Source: Candidatus Nanopelagicales bacterium
Lineage (GTDB): Bacteria > Actinomycetota > Actinomycetes > S36-B12
Assembly: GCA_021741645.1 (NCBI GenBank)
Contig: JAIOXK010000004.1
Coordinates: forward strand, 1,182 to 65,181
Reading direction: 5' to 3'
Length of the DNA: 64,000 nt
The position numbers and the translations under genes are program-made. Shown here piece after piece: positions 20,047 to 30,417 of the stretch (positions within the stretch are counted from its first letter, which is position 1; every line of letters begins with the position of its first letter). Below the pieces are notes generated by a model. That model was given only the letters and a program-made list of their open reading frames with translations, was not told the origin of the DNA and made no database searches.

Positions 20047-21072
20047 TTGCCCACAGTCGCCCTCGACCTTCTCGGTGGCGATGGTGCGCCCGACGTCGTC
20101 GCTGATGCGGCGGCGTCCCTTCTGCGCGAGCAGGAGCCCATCAGCCTGATCCTGGTGGGGCCCGAGGAGCAGGCCCGTGATCTTCTGTCAGCCCGCGGGC
20201 TGACAGAAGGGCGCCTGTCAGGGGGCCGTCCCACAGGAGGTCCACTGTCAGGAGGCTGTGTCGCCCTGGCGCACGCCTCCCGCGCCGTTCGCATGGACGA
20301 GGATCCGCTCCGCGCTCTCCGCGAAGACGCCGATGCGTCGGTCTCCGTGGCGGCCAGGCTCGTCGCCAAGGGCAGTGCGGACGCCTGGGTGTCCGTGGGC
20401 CACACGGGGGCTGCCGTTGCTGCCGCCGTTCTGGAGCTCGGTCGGATCCCGGGCATGTCTCGACCCGCTCTCGCCGTGGTGGTGCCGGGCGTCGCAGGCC
20501 GGGTCGTCCTCCTGGACGCGGGCGCTGCGCCCGATGCCACGCCGGACCTCCTGAGGCAGTTCGCCGTGGTGGGCCACGCCTACGCCGAGGGTCTGGGTGC
20601 TGTCGATCCGGCGGTCGGACTGCTGACCATCGGCAGTGAAGACGGCAAAGGGGATCAGCTCAGGCGCTCGGCCCACGAACTCCTGCGCGACAGCCTGATT
20701 GCTGCTGGCATCAGGTATGCCGGTCCGGTCGAGGGCCACGACGTCGCACTCGGCGAACGCGCCCAGGTGATCGTCACCGACGGATTCACCGGAAATGTGG
20801 TGCTCAAGGCGCTGGAGGGGGCGGTCCAGTGGGCCGCCGTGCGCATGGGAGCGGCCTACGGCGACATCGGGCCGGCCCGCGGAGTCGTGCGGGAGACAGC
20901 CACCTCGGAGTTCGCCGGCGGCATGCTCCTTGGGGTGCAGGGGGTCACGGTCATCGGGCACGGAGCTGGATCGGCGGAGGAGATCGCCGCCTGTGTTCGG
21001 CTGGCTGCGCGTGCGGCTGATGCTGGTCTTGCGCGACGAACCTCCGAAGCTTTGGCGGGAGGCAGGTCGTGA
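20047..21072 (+). CDS. plsX: PlsX-family phosphate acyltransferase (divergent)
   Basis: [42 protein letters not shown]; directly follows rpmF. Confidence 0.85.
   Translation: MPTVALDLLGGDGAPDVVADAAASLLREQEPISLILVGPEEQARDLLSARGLTEGRLSGGRPTGGPLSGGCVALAHASRAVRMDEDPLRALREDADASVSVAARLVAKGSADAWVSVGHTGAAVAAAVLELGRIPGMSRPALAVVVPGVAGRVVLLDAGAAPDATPDLLRQFAVVGHAYAEGLGAVDPAVGLLTIGSEDGKGDQLRRSAHELLRDSLIAAGIRYAGPVEGHDVALGERAQVIVTDGFTGNVVLKALEGAVQWAAVRMGAAYGDIGPARGVVRETATSEFAGGMLLGVQGVTVIGHGAGSAEEIAACVRLAARAADAGLARRTSEALAGGRS
20182..20253. repeat. Perfect 28-bp palindrome plus 15-bp x3 degenerate tandem repeat inside plsX
   Basis: CTTCTGTCAGCCCGCGGGCTGACAGAAG (20182-20209), then GGGCGCCTGTCAGGG GGCCGTCCCACAGGA GGTCCACTGTCAGGA encoding [15 protein letters not shown]. 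Confidence 0.85.
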
Positions 21073-21362
21073 CCATGGACCCGATGTCGGTGGCAGCAAC
21101 CGCGCTGTCGCAGGTCTTCGATCCGGCCGTCGTCTCCAGCCTTCGATCCGATTCCGTTGTCTGGGGGGCGGGATCGAGTCTCGGAATGCAGGCCGCCGAT
21201 GCCGTGGCGATTGCCGATGGCATCGCCGCATTGGCCGCTCGGCAGGGAGCCGAGTGCAGCCTGCACGACGAGGACTTCTACGACATGCCCGAGCATGCGG
21301 CGGGCCTGACGCTCGCCGATCTGACCTCTGCGATCGAGCGTCGCTGGCGGGAGCTGGCATGA
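21069..21362 (+). CDS. Small acidic ACP-like protein lacking the phosphopantetheine-attachment Ser
   Basis: 97 aa; GTGA/ATGA overlaps with plsX and rnc; [11 protein letters not shown] aligns to ACP LGxDSLDxVEL; C-terminal LHDED...TLADLTSAI resembles ACP helices III-IV. Confidence 0.65.
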   Translation: MTMDPMSVAATALSQVFDPAVVSSLRSDSVVWGAGSSLGMQAADAVAIADGIAALAARQGAECSLHDEDFYDMPEHAAGLTLADLTSAIERRWRELA

Positions 21363-22066
21363 CGCGCGAGGCCGCTTCGCTTCAGGACGATCTCGGAGTC
21401 GTCGTCGATGACGAGCTCATGCACCTGGCGCTCATGCATCGCTCGTATGCCTATGAGAACGGTGGGCTGCCCACCAACGAGCGCCTGGAGTTTCTCGGCG
21501 ACAGCGTCCTGGGCATCGTGGTCACCGAGCGGTTGTATCGCGCCTACCCGGATGTGACCGAAGGGCAGCTCGCCAAGCTGCGCGCGGCTGTGGTGAATGC
21601 GCAGGCACTGGCTGAGGTCGCCCGAACCCTCGATCTTGGCCGGTACCTCTACCTGGGTCGCGGGGAGGAGACGACCGGTGGGCGCGACAAGGTCTCGATC
21701 CTCGCTGACACGATGGAGGCGGTTCTGGGCGCCATATACCTTCACGTGGGGCTGGAGGAGACGAGGGACGTGATCCATCGACTGGTGGAGCCACTGATTC
21801 AGCGTGCCTCCGAGCTGGGTGCGGGATTGGACTGGAAGACATCGCTCCAAGAGGCCGCTGCCGCGGCTGGATCCGGAGTGCCGGAGTACCGCGTCACCTT
21901 CGAGGGGCCAGACCATGCGCGCGAGTTCTCGGCTGAGGTGCTCGTGGATGGCGAGGTCATCGGCATGGGGGAGGGGCGGTCCAAGAAGGCTGCCGAGCAG
22001 CAGGCAGCAGAGCGTGCCTACCGACGCATTGCGCCAACCGATGGACCAGCCGCGGCCCATGATTGA
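21359..22066 (+). CDS. rnc: Ribonuclease III
   Basis: [45 protein letters not shown]. Confidence 0.96.
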   Translation: MTREAASLQDDLGVVVDDELMHLALMHRSYAYENGGLPTNERLEFLGDSVLGIVVTERLYRAYPDVTEGQLAKLRAAVVNAQALAEVARTLDLGRYLYLGRGEETTGGRDKVSILADTMEAVLGAIYLHVGLEETRDVIHRLVEPLIQRASELGAGLDWKTSLQEAAAAAGSGVPEYRVTFEGPDHAREFSAEVLVDGEVIGMGEGRSKKAAEQQAAERAYRRIAPTDGPAAAHD

Positions 22067-22080
22067 CGGGCACTCTCGGC

Positions 22081-22980
22081 GTGCCTGAGCTGCCCGAGGT
22101 CGAGGTGGTGCGGACGGGGCTGCAGCGTTGGGTGTCAGGCCGAACGATCAGGAGAGTGGACGTCCTGCACCCGCGGGCGATCAGGCGTCACTCTGAGGGG
22201 CCCGGGGATTTCTCTGCTCGACTGACGGGAGCGTCCATTCCGTACGTCTCCCGACGGGGCAAGTACCTGTGGTTCCCCCTGGCCTCCGAAGGCCATCAGG
22301 GCCCAGCCGAACAAGCCCTGATGGGTCATCTGGGGATGAGCGGGCAGTTGCTCATCGTGTCTGCCTCGGCCCCACCGCACCGCCACCTGAGGGTGCGCAT
22401 GGCGTTCGAGGAGACCGATCAGGAACTGCACTTCGTCGATCAGCGCACGTTCGGCGGCCTCCACATCACGGCGCTCGTCGACGACGGAGCAGGCGGCCTG
22501 CTGCCTGACGCGGCGGCGCACATCGCCCGGGACCCGCTCGACCCGCTCTTCGACGAGGCTGAGTTCATCCGCCGGACGCGGCTTCGCGACGTGGAGATCA
22601 AGCGCCTATTGCTTGACCAGACCCTCGCCTCTGGAATCGGCAACATCTATGCGGATGAGGCCCTGTGGCGAGCGCGCCTTCACGGACGTCGCCTGGGCAG
22701 CAGCCTGCGGCGAGCGGACGTGGCGGTCCTCCTGCAGGCGGTGCGTGAGGTGATGTCCGAGGCGCTGGCCCAAGGGGGCACCAGTTTCGATGAGTTGTAC
22801 GTGAATGTGAACGGGGAAAGCGGCTACTTCGACAGGAGCCTCGAGGCCTATGGGCAGGCTGGCCTTCCCTGCTCTCGGTGTGGTGCCCAGATTCGCCGGG
22901 AGGCCTTCATGAATCGCTCGAGCTTCTGGTGTCCGTCCTGCCAGCGTGCCCCACGCAGGAGACCCTCGGTTCGTGGGTAG
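22081..22980 (+). CDS. mutM: Formamidopyrimidine-DNA glycosylase
   Basis: N-terminal [29 protein letters not shown]-terminal zinc finger. Confidence 0.96.
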   Translation: MPELPEVEVVRTGLQRWVSGRTIRRVDVLHPRAIRRHSEGPGDFSARLTGASIPYVSRRGKYLWFPLASEGHQGPAEQALMGHLGMSGQLLIVSASAPPHRHLRVRMAFEETDQELHFVDQRTFGGLHITALVDDGAGGLLPDAAAHIARDPLDPLFDEAEFIRRTRLRDVEIKRLLLDQTLASGIGNIYADEALWRARLHGRRLGSSLRRADVAVLLQAVREVMSEALAQGGTSFDELYVNVNGESGYFDRSLEAYGQAGLPCSRCGAQIRREAFMNRSSFWCPSCQRAPRRRPSVRG

Positions 22981-22989
22981 AGTCCGCAT

Positions 22990-25900
22990 GTGCACCTGAA
23001 GAACCTGACACTCAAGGGCTTCAAGTCCTTCGCATCCGCAACGACCCTGACCTTCGAGCCGGGAGTCACGTGTGTCGTCGGGCCGAATGGCTCGGGCAAG
23101 TCCAATGTCGTGGATGCCCTGTCCTGGGTGATGGGCGAGCAGGGTGCGAAGTCCCTGCGCGGCGGGAAGATGGAGGACGTCATCTTCTCGGGCACTTCGG
23201 GTCGTGCGCCCCTGGGCCGCGCTGAGGTGGCGCTGACGATCGACAACACCGATGGCGCTCTGCCCATCGACTACACCGAGGTCACCATCTCGCGCACGCT
23301 GTTCCGCAACGGGGGCTCGGAGTACTCGATCAACGGTCAGCCGTGCCGGCTGCTCGACGTGCAGGAGCTGCTCAGCGACTCCGGCATCGGGCGTGAGATG
23401 CACGTCATCGTCGGCCAGAACCGCCTCACCTCTGTGCTGGAGGCCACGCCGGAGGACCGCCGTCACATCATCGAGGAGGCTGCGGGCGTCCTGAAGCATC
23501 GCAAGCGCAAGGAGAAGGCGCTCCGCAAGCTCGATGCCATGGAGGCGAACCTCACTCGTCTGCAGGACCTCACGAACGAGCTCCGGCGTCAGCTGAAGCC
23601 CCTCGGCCGCCAGGCCGAAGTCGCTCGCCGGGCGGTCGTGATCCAGTCCGAGGTGCGCGATGCGCGCCTGCGCTTGCGCGCTGACGATCTCGTGAGCCTG
23701 CGCGAGGCCCTCGACGCCGAAGTCGCTGACGAGACGGCATTGCGGGCCAGGCAGGAGGAGGTCGACGGCCGGATCGCGGCACTCACGGCAGAGCAGACGG
23801 CAGCGGAGGAGTCGGCAGCTCTGGACGCGCCTCGCGTGGCGGCGACCCAGGAGACGTGGTTCTCCCTGAACGGACTCCGCGAGCGCTTCCACGGTCTGAC
23901 TCAGGTCGCTGTCGAGCGGGTGCGCCACCTTCAGCCTGAACCGGAGGAGGAGGAGCACGGACGAGATCCTGAGCAGATCGACGCCGAGGCCAGATCCTTG
24001 CGCGCGGAGGAGTTCGAGCTCGGGCGACTTGTCGAGTCCTCGCGGGAGGGCCTCACGCACGCGGAGACGTCGAGGATGGCGGCCGAGTCCTCCGCGGCGG
24101 CCGAGGAGAAGCGCATTGCCGAGGTCGAGCGTGCCGCGGCCGACCGCCGGGAGGGCTTGGCCAAGCTGACCGGCCAGGTCAACTCGGCCAAGTCCCGCAT
24201 GGAGACCCGCGCCGCCGAGATCGATCGGCTTGCGCGTCAGATCAGCGAGGCGCGTGAACGAGGCAACGCCGCCCAGCAGGAGTTCACGCACATCGAGGTC
24301 AATGTCGCCGGTCTCGATGCCGGCGAGGTGGATCTCGACCGAGAGCATGAGCGGGCTGAGGCTGAGCTCGTTGAGGTGGACGGCGATGTGGAGCGCCTGC
24401 GCACCGAGGAGGCTGCCGCCGAGCGCCAGCGCGCGGCTCTTGCAGCCAGGCGCGAGGCCCTGGCCATCGGCCTGGAGCGCAAGGACGCGGGTGCCCGTCT
24501 CGTGCGGCCCGATGATCGTCTGCCCGGCGTCATGGGGACGCTGGCGACCCTCCTGCATGTCGAGCACGGAGCCCAGACACCTGTTGCTGCGGCTCTCGGG
24601 GACATCGCGGACGCTGTGGTCGTCAGTGGCATGGATGCCGCCATGCAGGCCGTCGTGCTGCTCAAGAGCGAGGATGCCGGCCGTGCGGCGATCCTTGTTG
24701 CCGACGCCGAGGAGTCGCGTCCTCCTCGGCCGCACGTGCGTGATGCGGGCACGCCACTGGTCGAGATGGTCAGCTGCGATGCCAGCCTTCAGCCGGTGGT
24801 CGATCAGCTGCTGGATCGATGGATGCTGGTCCCGGACCTGCGCGAGGCATCGGCCCTGCTGCGTCAGCATCCGGGACTGTCCTTCGTCACTCCCGAGGGC
24901 GATGTGCTTGCCGCGGGTGTCGTGCATGGCGGATCATCGAGCACTCCCAGCCTGCTTGAAGCGCAGGCCGCCTACGACGAGACGGTCAGCGATCTCGACG
25001 AGGTCACGCAGCGACTGGAGCGCCTGCGCTTCGAGCTCGCGGGCGCCAAGGACCGCCAGACCCAGGCGGCCGCTCGAGCTGAGGCAGCGCTCTCGCGCCT
25101 GCATGAGTCCGATGCGCAGCTGGCAGCGGTGGCCGAGCAGCTGGGGCAGCTGGGGCAGGTTGCGAGGGCAGCGACGGCAGAGGCCGAGCGGCTCACCGCG
25201 GCTCGGCAGGCCGCGGAGGAGGCGCTTGAGGCTGACCGTCGTCAGCTTGAGGAGCTGCAGTCGCGGCTGACCTCGGCTACCGAGACTCCGGATTTCGACG
25301 GTGGAGCGGACAACCGCGAGCACCTGAACGCCGAGGCGTCCGCAGCGCGTCGTCATGAAGTGGATGCGCGCCTTGCGCTTCGCACAGCCGAGGAGCGGGT
25401 GGCGGCGGTGGGGGCTCGGGCCCAGCAACTGGAGAAGGCCGCCGAAGCGGAGCGGCAGGCGCGCGCGGCCGCCATCGAGCGCCGCGAGCGCCGGGCGCGT
25501 GAGCTGGTCGTGGCGCAGGCCATTCTTGATGCGACCCGCATCGTGTCGTCCCGCCTGGACGCATCTGTCTCGGTCGCGGGCCGGGAGCGCTCGGCCCTCG
25601 AGCGAGCGACGAAGGAGCGCGATGCGAGTCTTGCCTCCCTGCGCACGTCCTTGCGCGAGCTGACCGCCGAGGCAGACCGGCTCAAGGACTCGGTGCATCG
25701 AGATGAGGTGGCACGAGCCGAGCAGCGCCTGCGCATCGAGCAGCTTGAGGAGAAGGTCCTCGAGGAGTACGGCGTCGAGCCGGACGTTCTCATCGCCGAA
25801 TACGGCCCGCAGCAGCTGGTGCCCCCGACACCGCCCTCACCTGGCGATGACATCCCGGAGGAGGCGCCTGAGCCCTACCCGTTCGTGCGGGCTGAGCAGG

Positions 25901-26547
25901 AGAAGCGTCTGAAGGCCGCTGACCGGGATCTGGCGCTGCTGGGCAAGGTCAACCCCCTCGCACTGGAGGAGTTCTCCGCCATGGAGGAGCGTCACCGCTT
26001 CCTGAGCGAGCAGTTGGACGACCTCAAGCGCACGCGCGATGACCTGCTCGACATCGTCAAGGAGGTCGACGAGCGAGTGCAGCAGGTCTTCGCCGAGGCC
26101 TACGCCGAGATCGAGCGGGAGTTCGAGGGGGTCTTCGGCCGTCTCTTCCCCGGAGGCGAGGGCCGGCTCATCCTGACCGATCCCTCCGACATGCTGAACA
26201 CGGGCGTGGACGTTGAGGCCCGTCCGCCAGGCAAGAAGGTGAAGCGCTTGTCGCTGCTCTCTGGTGGTGAGCGATCCCTGACGGCTGTCGCCTTCCTCGT
26301 CGCCCTGTTCAAGGCTCGCCCAAGCCCGTTTTACGTTCTCGATGAGGTCGAGGCGGCCCTCGACGACGTGAACCTCGGGCGTCTGATCGACATCATCGAG
26401 GAGCTGAAGTCCAACTCCCAGCTCATCGTGATCACGCACCAGAAGCGGACCATGGAGATTGCCGATGCTCTCTATGGCGTCTCCATGCGAGGCGACGGCG
26501 TCACGCAGGTGATCGGCCAGCGCCTTCGCGAGGCTGTCAGCGCCTAG
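22990..26547 (+). CDS. smc: Chromosome segregation protein SMC
   Basis: GFKSFA, GPNGSGKSN, coiled coils and hinge, LSGGE, LDEVEAALD. Confidence 0.97.
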   Translation: MHLKNLTLKGFKSFASATTLTFEPGVTCVVGPNGSGKSNVVDALSWVMGEQGAKSLRGGKMEDVIFSGTSGRAPLGRAEVALTIDNTDGALPIDYTEVTISRTLFRNGGSEYSINGQPCRLLDVQELLSDSGIGREMHVIVGQNRLTSVLEATPEDRRHIIEEAAGVLKHRKRKEKALRKLDAMEANLTRLQDLTNELRRQLKPLGRQAEVARRAVVIQSEVRDARLRLRADDLVSLREALDAEVADETALRARQEEVDGRIAALTAEQTAAEESAALDAPRVAATQETWFSLNGLRERFHGLTQVAVERVRHLQPEPEEEEHGRDPEQIDAEARSLRAEEFELGRLVESSREGLTHAETSRMAAESSAAAEEKRIAEVERAAADRREGLAKLTGQVNSAKSRMETRAAEIDRLARQISEARERGNAAQQEFTHIEVNVAGLDAGEVDLDREHERAEAELVEVDGDVERLRTEEAAAERQRAALAARREALAIGLERKDAGARLVRPDDRLPGVMGTLATLLHVEHGAQTPVAAALGDIADAVVVSGMDAAMQAVVLLKSEDAGRAAILVADAEESRPPRPHVRDAGTPLVEMVSCDASLQPVVDQLLDRWMLVPDLREASALLRQHPGLSFVTPEGDVLAAGVVHGGSSSTPSLLEAQAAYDETVSDLDEVTQRLERLRFELAGAKDRQTQAAARAEAALSRLHESDAQLAAVAEQLGQLGQVARAATAEAERLTAARQAAEEALEADRRQLEELQSRLTSATETPDFDGGADNREHLNAEASAARRHEVDARLALRTAEERVAAVGARAQQLEKAAEAERQARAAAIERRERRARELVVAQAILDATRIVSSRLDASVSVAGRERSALERATKERDASLASLRTSLRELTAEADRLKDSVHRDEVARAEQRLRIEQLEEKVLEEYGVEPDVLIAEYGPQQLVPPTPPSPGDDIPEEAPEPYPFVRAEQEKRLKAADRDLALLGKVNPLALEEFSAMEERHRFLSEQLDDLKRTRDDLLDIVKEVDERVQQVFAEAYAEIEREFEGVFGRLFPGGEGRLILTDPSDMLNTGVDVEARPPGKKVKRLSLLSGGERSLTAVAFLVALFKARPSPFYVLDEVEAALDDVNLGRLIDIIEELKSNSQLIVITHQKRTMEIADALYGVSMRGDGVTQVIGQRLREAVSA

Positions 26548-26559
26548 GCTGCCGGCAGA

Positions 26560-27324
26560 CTAGACACTCGGTGCCTCCGTGCTGCTGGTCAGCGCCGCGC
26601 GCACCTGGCGCAGGTCTCGGACCACGGTGACGAGGCCGACGGCGATCAGCCCTTGTCCGATCACGTAGGTGAGCATGATGAGCGCCCCCATCGCCGGTGA
26701 GTCGGCTACCGGCCCGAAGGACGTCAGGGCGATCAGGGAGTCGGAGGCGACGAACAAGGCAGCGCCCCCGAACGTGGTCCATGCCGCCTTGGCAGGTGCG
26801 CGCCCGATGAGGTTGAGGGCGCTCACGGCCATGGCGACAAGGCAGATGCCGTAGACGAGAACCGGCAGACGGAACTGATCGGCCGTGGGCCAGATGGCCA
26901 GGACCAGCGCAACGTAGAAGAGCGCGAACGGCAGAAGGGTCACGGGTCGGCGAGAGACGATGCCGCGAACGGGCGCGTCGCTGCGATGCGGAATCCCCCT
27001 CCGGAAGGCGATTCCCTCGACCCGGGTGTAGCCGTAGGCGTATGCGACCTGCGTGACGAGGAACGCTGCGATGCCGAGGGCGAACAGCATGTCGGTGTCA
27101 CCCATGAGCAGCAGGTCCCCGAGCCAGGCGAAGGCAAGGCCTGCCAGCAGGAGCCTGAGCGGGGTGGGCCAGGCGGATCTGGTCTCAGCGATGAGCCAGG
27201 CCATCAGCAGTGGCATGAGCAACGGCTTGGTGAGGATGACGCCCTGGTCATTGCTGGTGGCGACGGAGATCACATTGAGCAGACCCACCAGCAGATAGGC
27301 GGAGAGAAACGAGCGCGCGGCCAT
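26560..27324 (-). CDS. YhhN/lysoplasmalogenase family membrane protein
   Basis: TKPLLMP, WLGDLLL, FVASDSLIA, TY..GQ; multiple TM helices. Confidence 0.85.
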   Translation of the reverse strand: MAARSFLSAYLLVGLLNVISVATSNDQGVILTKPLLMPLLMAWLIAETRSAWPTPLRLLLAGLAFAWLGDLLLMGDTDMLFALGIAAFLVTQVAYAYGYTRVEGIAFRRGIPHRSDAPVRGIVSRRPVTLLPFALFYVALVLAIWPTADQFRLPVLVYGICLVAMAVSALNLIGRAPAKAAWTTFGGAALFVASDSLIALTSFGPVADSPAMGALIMLTYVIGQGLIAVGLVTVVRDLRQVRAALTSSTEAPSV

Positions 27325-27368
27325 GCAGGCCATCCTGCCGCCTCACGGCTCGTGGAAGGATGAGGGGC

Positions 27369-28604
27369 ATGGATTCCGTCCTCGTCTACCTGGTCATCGC
27401 TGCTCTCCTCCTCGTGATCGTCGTGGGGGCGGGAATCGCCCTCGTTCGCCGACGTGGCGCGGCGACGCTTCCGCGGCCAGAGGCTCCTCGCCCGGGAATC
27501 GATTACGCGCCCGGTGTCGGCGATGATGACAGTGAGCCCCGAGACACCCCTCGACGATCGATCGACGTCATCGATGTCGGCGACGCTCTTGCCGGTGGCA
27601 CTGACACGATCATCGAGGACCACCTCGCAGAGCCAGTTCCGGTCGAGGAGCTCGAGGGCCTGCTCGAAGTGGAGGTGCCCGAGCCGGCCCGCGGACGCAT
27701 GCAGCGACTGCGAGCCAGGCTGGCTCGCTCCCAGAATGCGCTGGGGCGAGGTCTTCTCACCCTCCTGACCCGGGACCAGATTGACGAGAGCACCTGGGAC
27801 GAGGTGGAGGAGATCCTGCTGACCGCGGATCTGGGAGTTGGGCCGACCACCGAGTTGATGGACCGCCTCCGAGCCCGTGTACGAGTGGATGGAGCCGAGG
27901 GCGCTTCCGCTGTGCAGACGATCCTCCGTGAGGAGTTGCTCGCCCTGGTGGATCCGGCGATGGATCGCACGGTTCGCGCCGAGCGGCAGGGTGATCGACC
28001 AGGAGTCGTTCTGGTCGTCGGAGTGAACGGAACAGGCAAGACGACCACGACTGGCAAGCTGGCTCGACTGGCGGTCGCGAATGATCAGGCCGTCGTGCTC
28101 GGCGCGGCCGATACTTTTCGGGCCGCGGCCGCCGAGCAGCTGCAGACCTGGGGGGATCGGGTTGGTGCCGCTGTGGTGCGGGGAGCGGAGGGCGGCGACC
28201 CGGCGGCGGTCGCTTTCGACGCGGTCTCGACCGGACTGGCGGCTGGTGTCGACACGGTCATCATCGACACCGCCGGACGACTCCACACGAAGACCGGGCT
28301 CATGGACGAACTGGGCAAGGTCAAGCGTGTCGTGGAGAAGCAGTCGCCGATCGACGAGGTGCTTCTCGTACTCGACGCGACCACGGGTCAGAACGGTCTC
28401 GTGCAGGCGCGGGTGTTCTCCGAGGTGGTCGATGTCACGGGCATCGTGCTGACGAAGCTGGACGGCACAGCCAAGGGCGGAATCGTCGTATCCGTCCAGC
28501 GCGAACTCGGCGTTCCGGTCAAGCTGGTGGGACTGGGGGAGGGACCGGACGATCTCGCGCCGTTCGACCCCGAGGCCTTCGTGGCCGCACTCATCGACGA
28601 ATGA
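27369..28604 (+). CDS. ftsY: SRP receptor FtsY with N-terminal TM anchor
   Basis: GVNGTGKTTT, DTFRAAA, DTAGR, TKLDGTAKGG. Confidence 0.96.
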   Translation: MDSVLVYLVIAALLLVIVVGAGIALVRRRGAATLPRPEAPRPGIDYAPGVGDDDSEPRDTPRRSIDVIDVGDALAGGTDTIIEDHLAEPVPVEELEGLLEVEVPEPARGRMQRLRARLARSQNALGRGLLTLLTRDQIDESTWDEVEEILLTADLGVGPTTELMDRLRARVRVDGAEGASAVQTILREELLALVDPAMDRTVRAERQGDRPGVVLVVGVNGTGKTTTTGKLARLAVANDQAVVLGAADTFRAAAAEQLQTWGDRVGAAVVRGAEGGDPAAVAFDAVSTGLAAGVDTVIIDTAGRLHTKTGLMDELGKVKRVVEKQSPIDEVLLVLDATTGQNGLVQARVFSEVVDVTGIVLTKLDGTAKGGIVVSVQRELGVPVKLVGLGEGPDDLAPFDPEAFVAALIDE

Positions 28605-28610
28605 CACGTC

Positions 28611-28644
28611 TCCATTGAATGAGCGGGTCCATTGAATGGGCGGG
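28611..28644. repeat. 17-bp tandem duplication
   Basis: TCCATTGAATGAGCGGG TCCATTGAATGGGCGGG. Confidence 0.85.
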
Positions 28645-28647
28645 CTC

Positions 28648-28716
28648 GTAACTCGCTGTTAACAGGGGCCGTCCTGACGTCACCGCGACGAAACCTGAGA
28701 ACGATGCGGGCGAAAC
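28648..28716 (+). promoter_or_regulatory. GlnR boxes upstream of amtB-glnK-glnD
   Basis: GTAAC-n6-TTAAC (28648-28663) and GTCAC-n6-GAAAC-n6-ACGAT-n6-GAAAC (28679-28716), matching the actinobacterial GTnAC-n6-GAAAC pattern. Confidence 0.75.
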
Positions 28717-28774
28717 CTGGAATGGGAAGTGTCTGCCTCGCGAGGTGAACATCACCACGGGAGGGAGAGCTCGC

Positions 28775-30405
<1,631 letters not shown>

Positions 30406-30417
30406 GAGGCGGACAGG

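Noticed and set aside
20795-21358. Long N-terminal extensions in the ORF track (rnc, pgm, rpsB, rlmN, hupB, cofC, lepB)
   Set aside because: Artefacts of taking the first possible start; downstream starts match family N-termini and mostly have an RBS or stop/start coupling
22606-24927. 773-aa minus-strand ORF and other long antisense ORFs (e.g. 928-2256, 27270-28607)
   Set aside because: Shadow frames of well-supported genes, expected from high-GC codon bias, with no recognisable motifs
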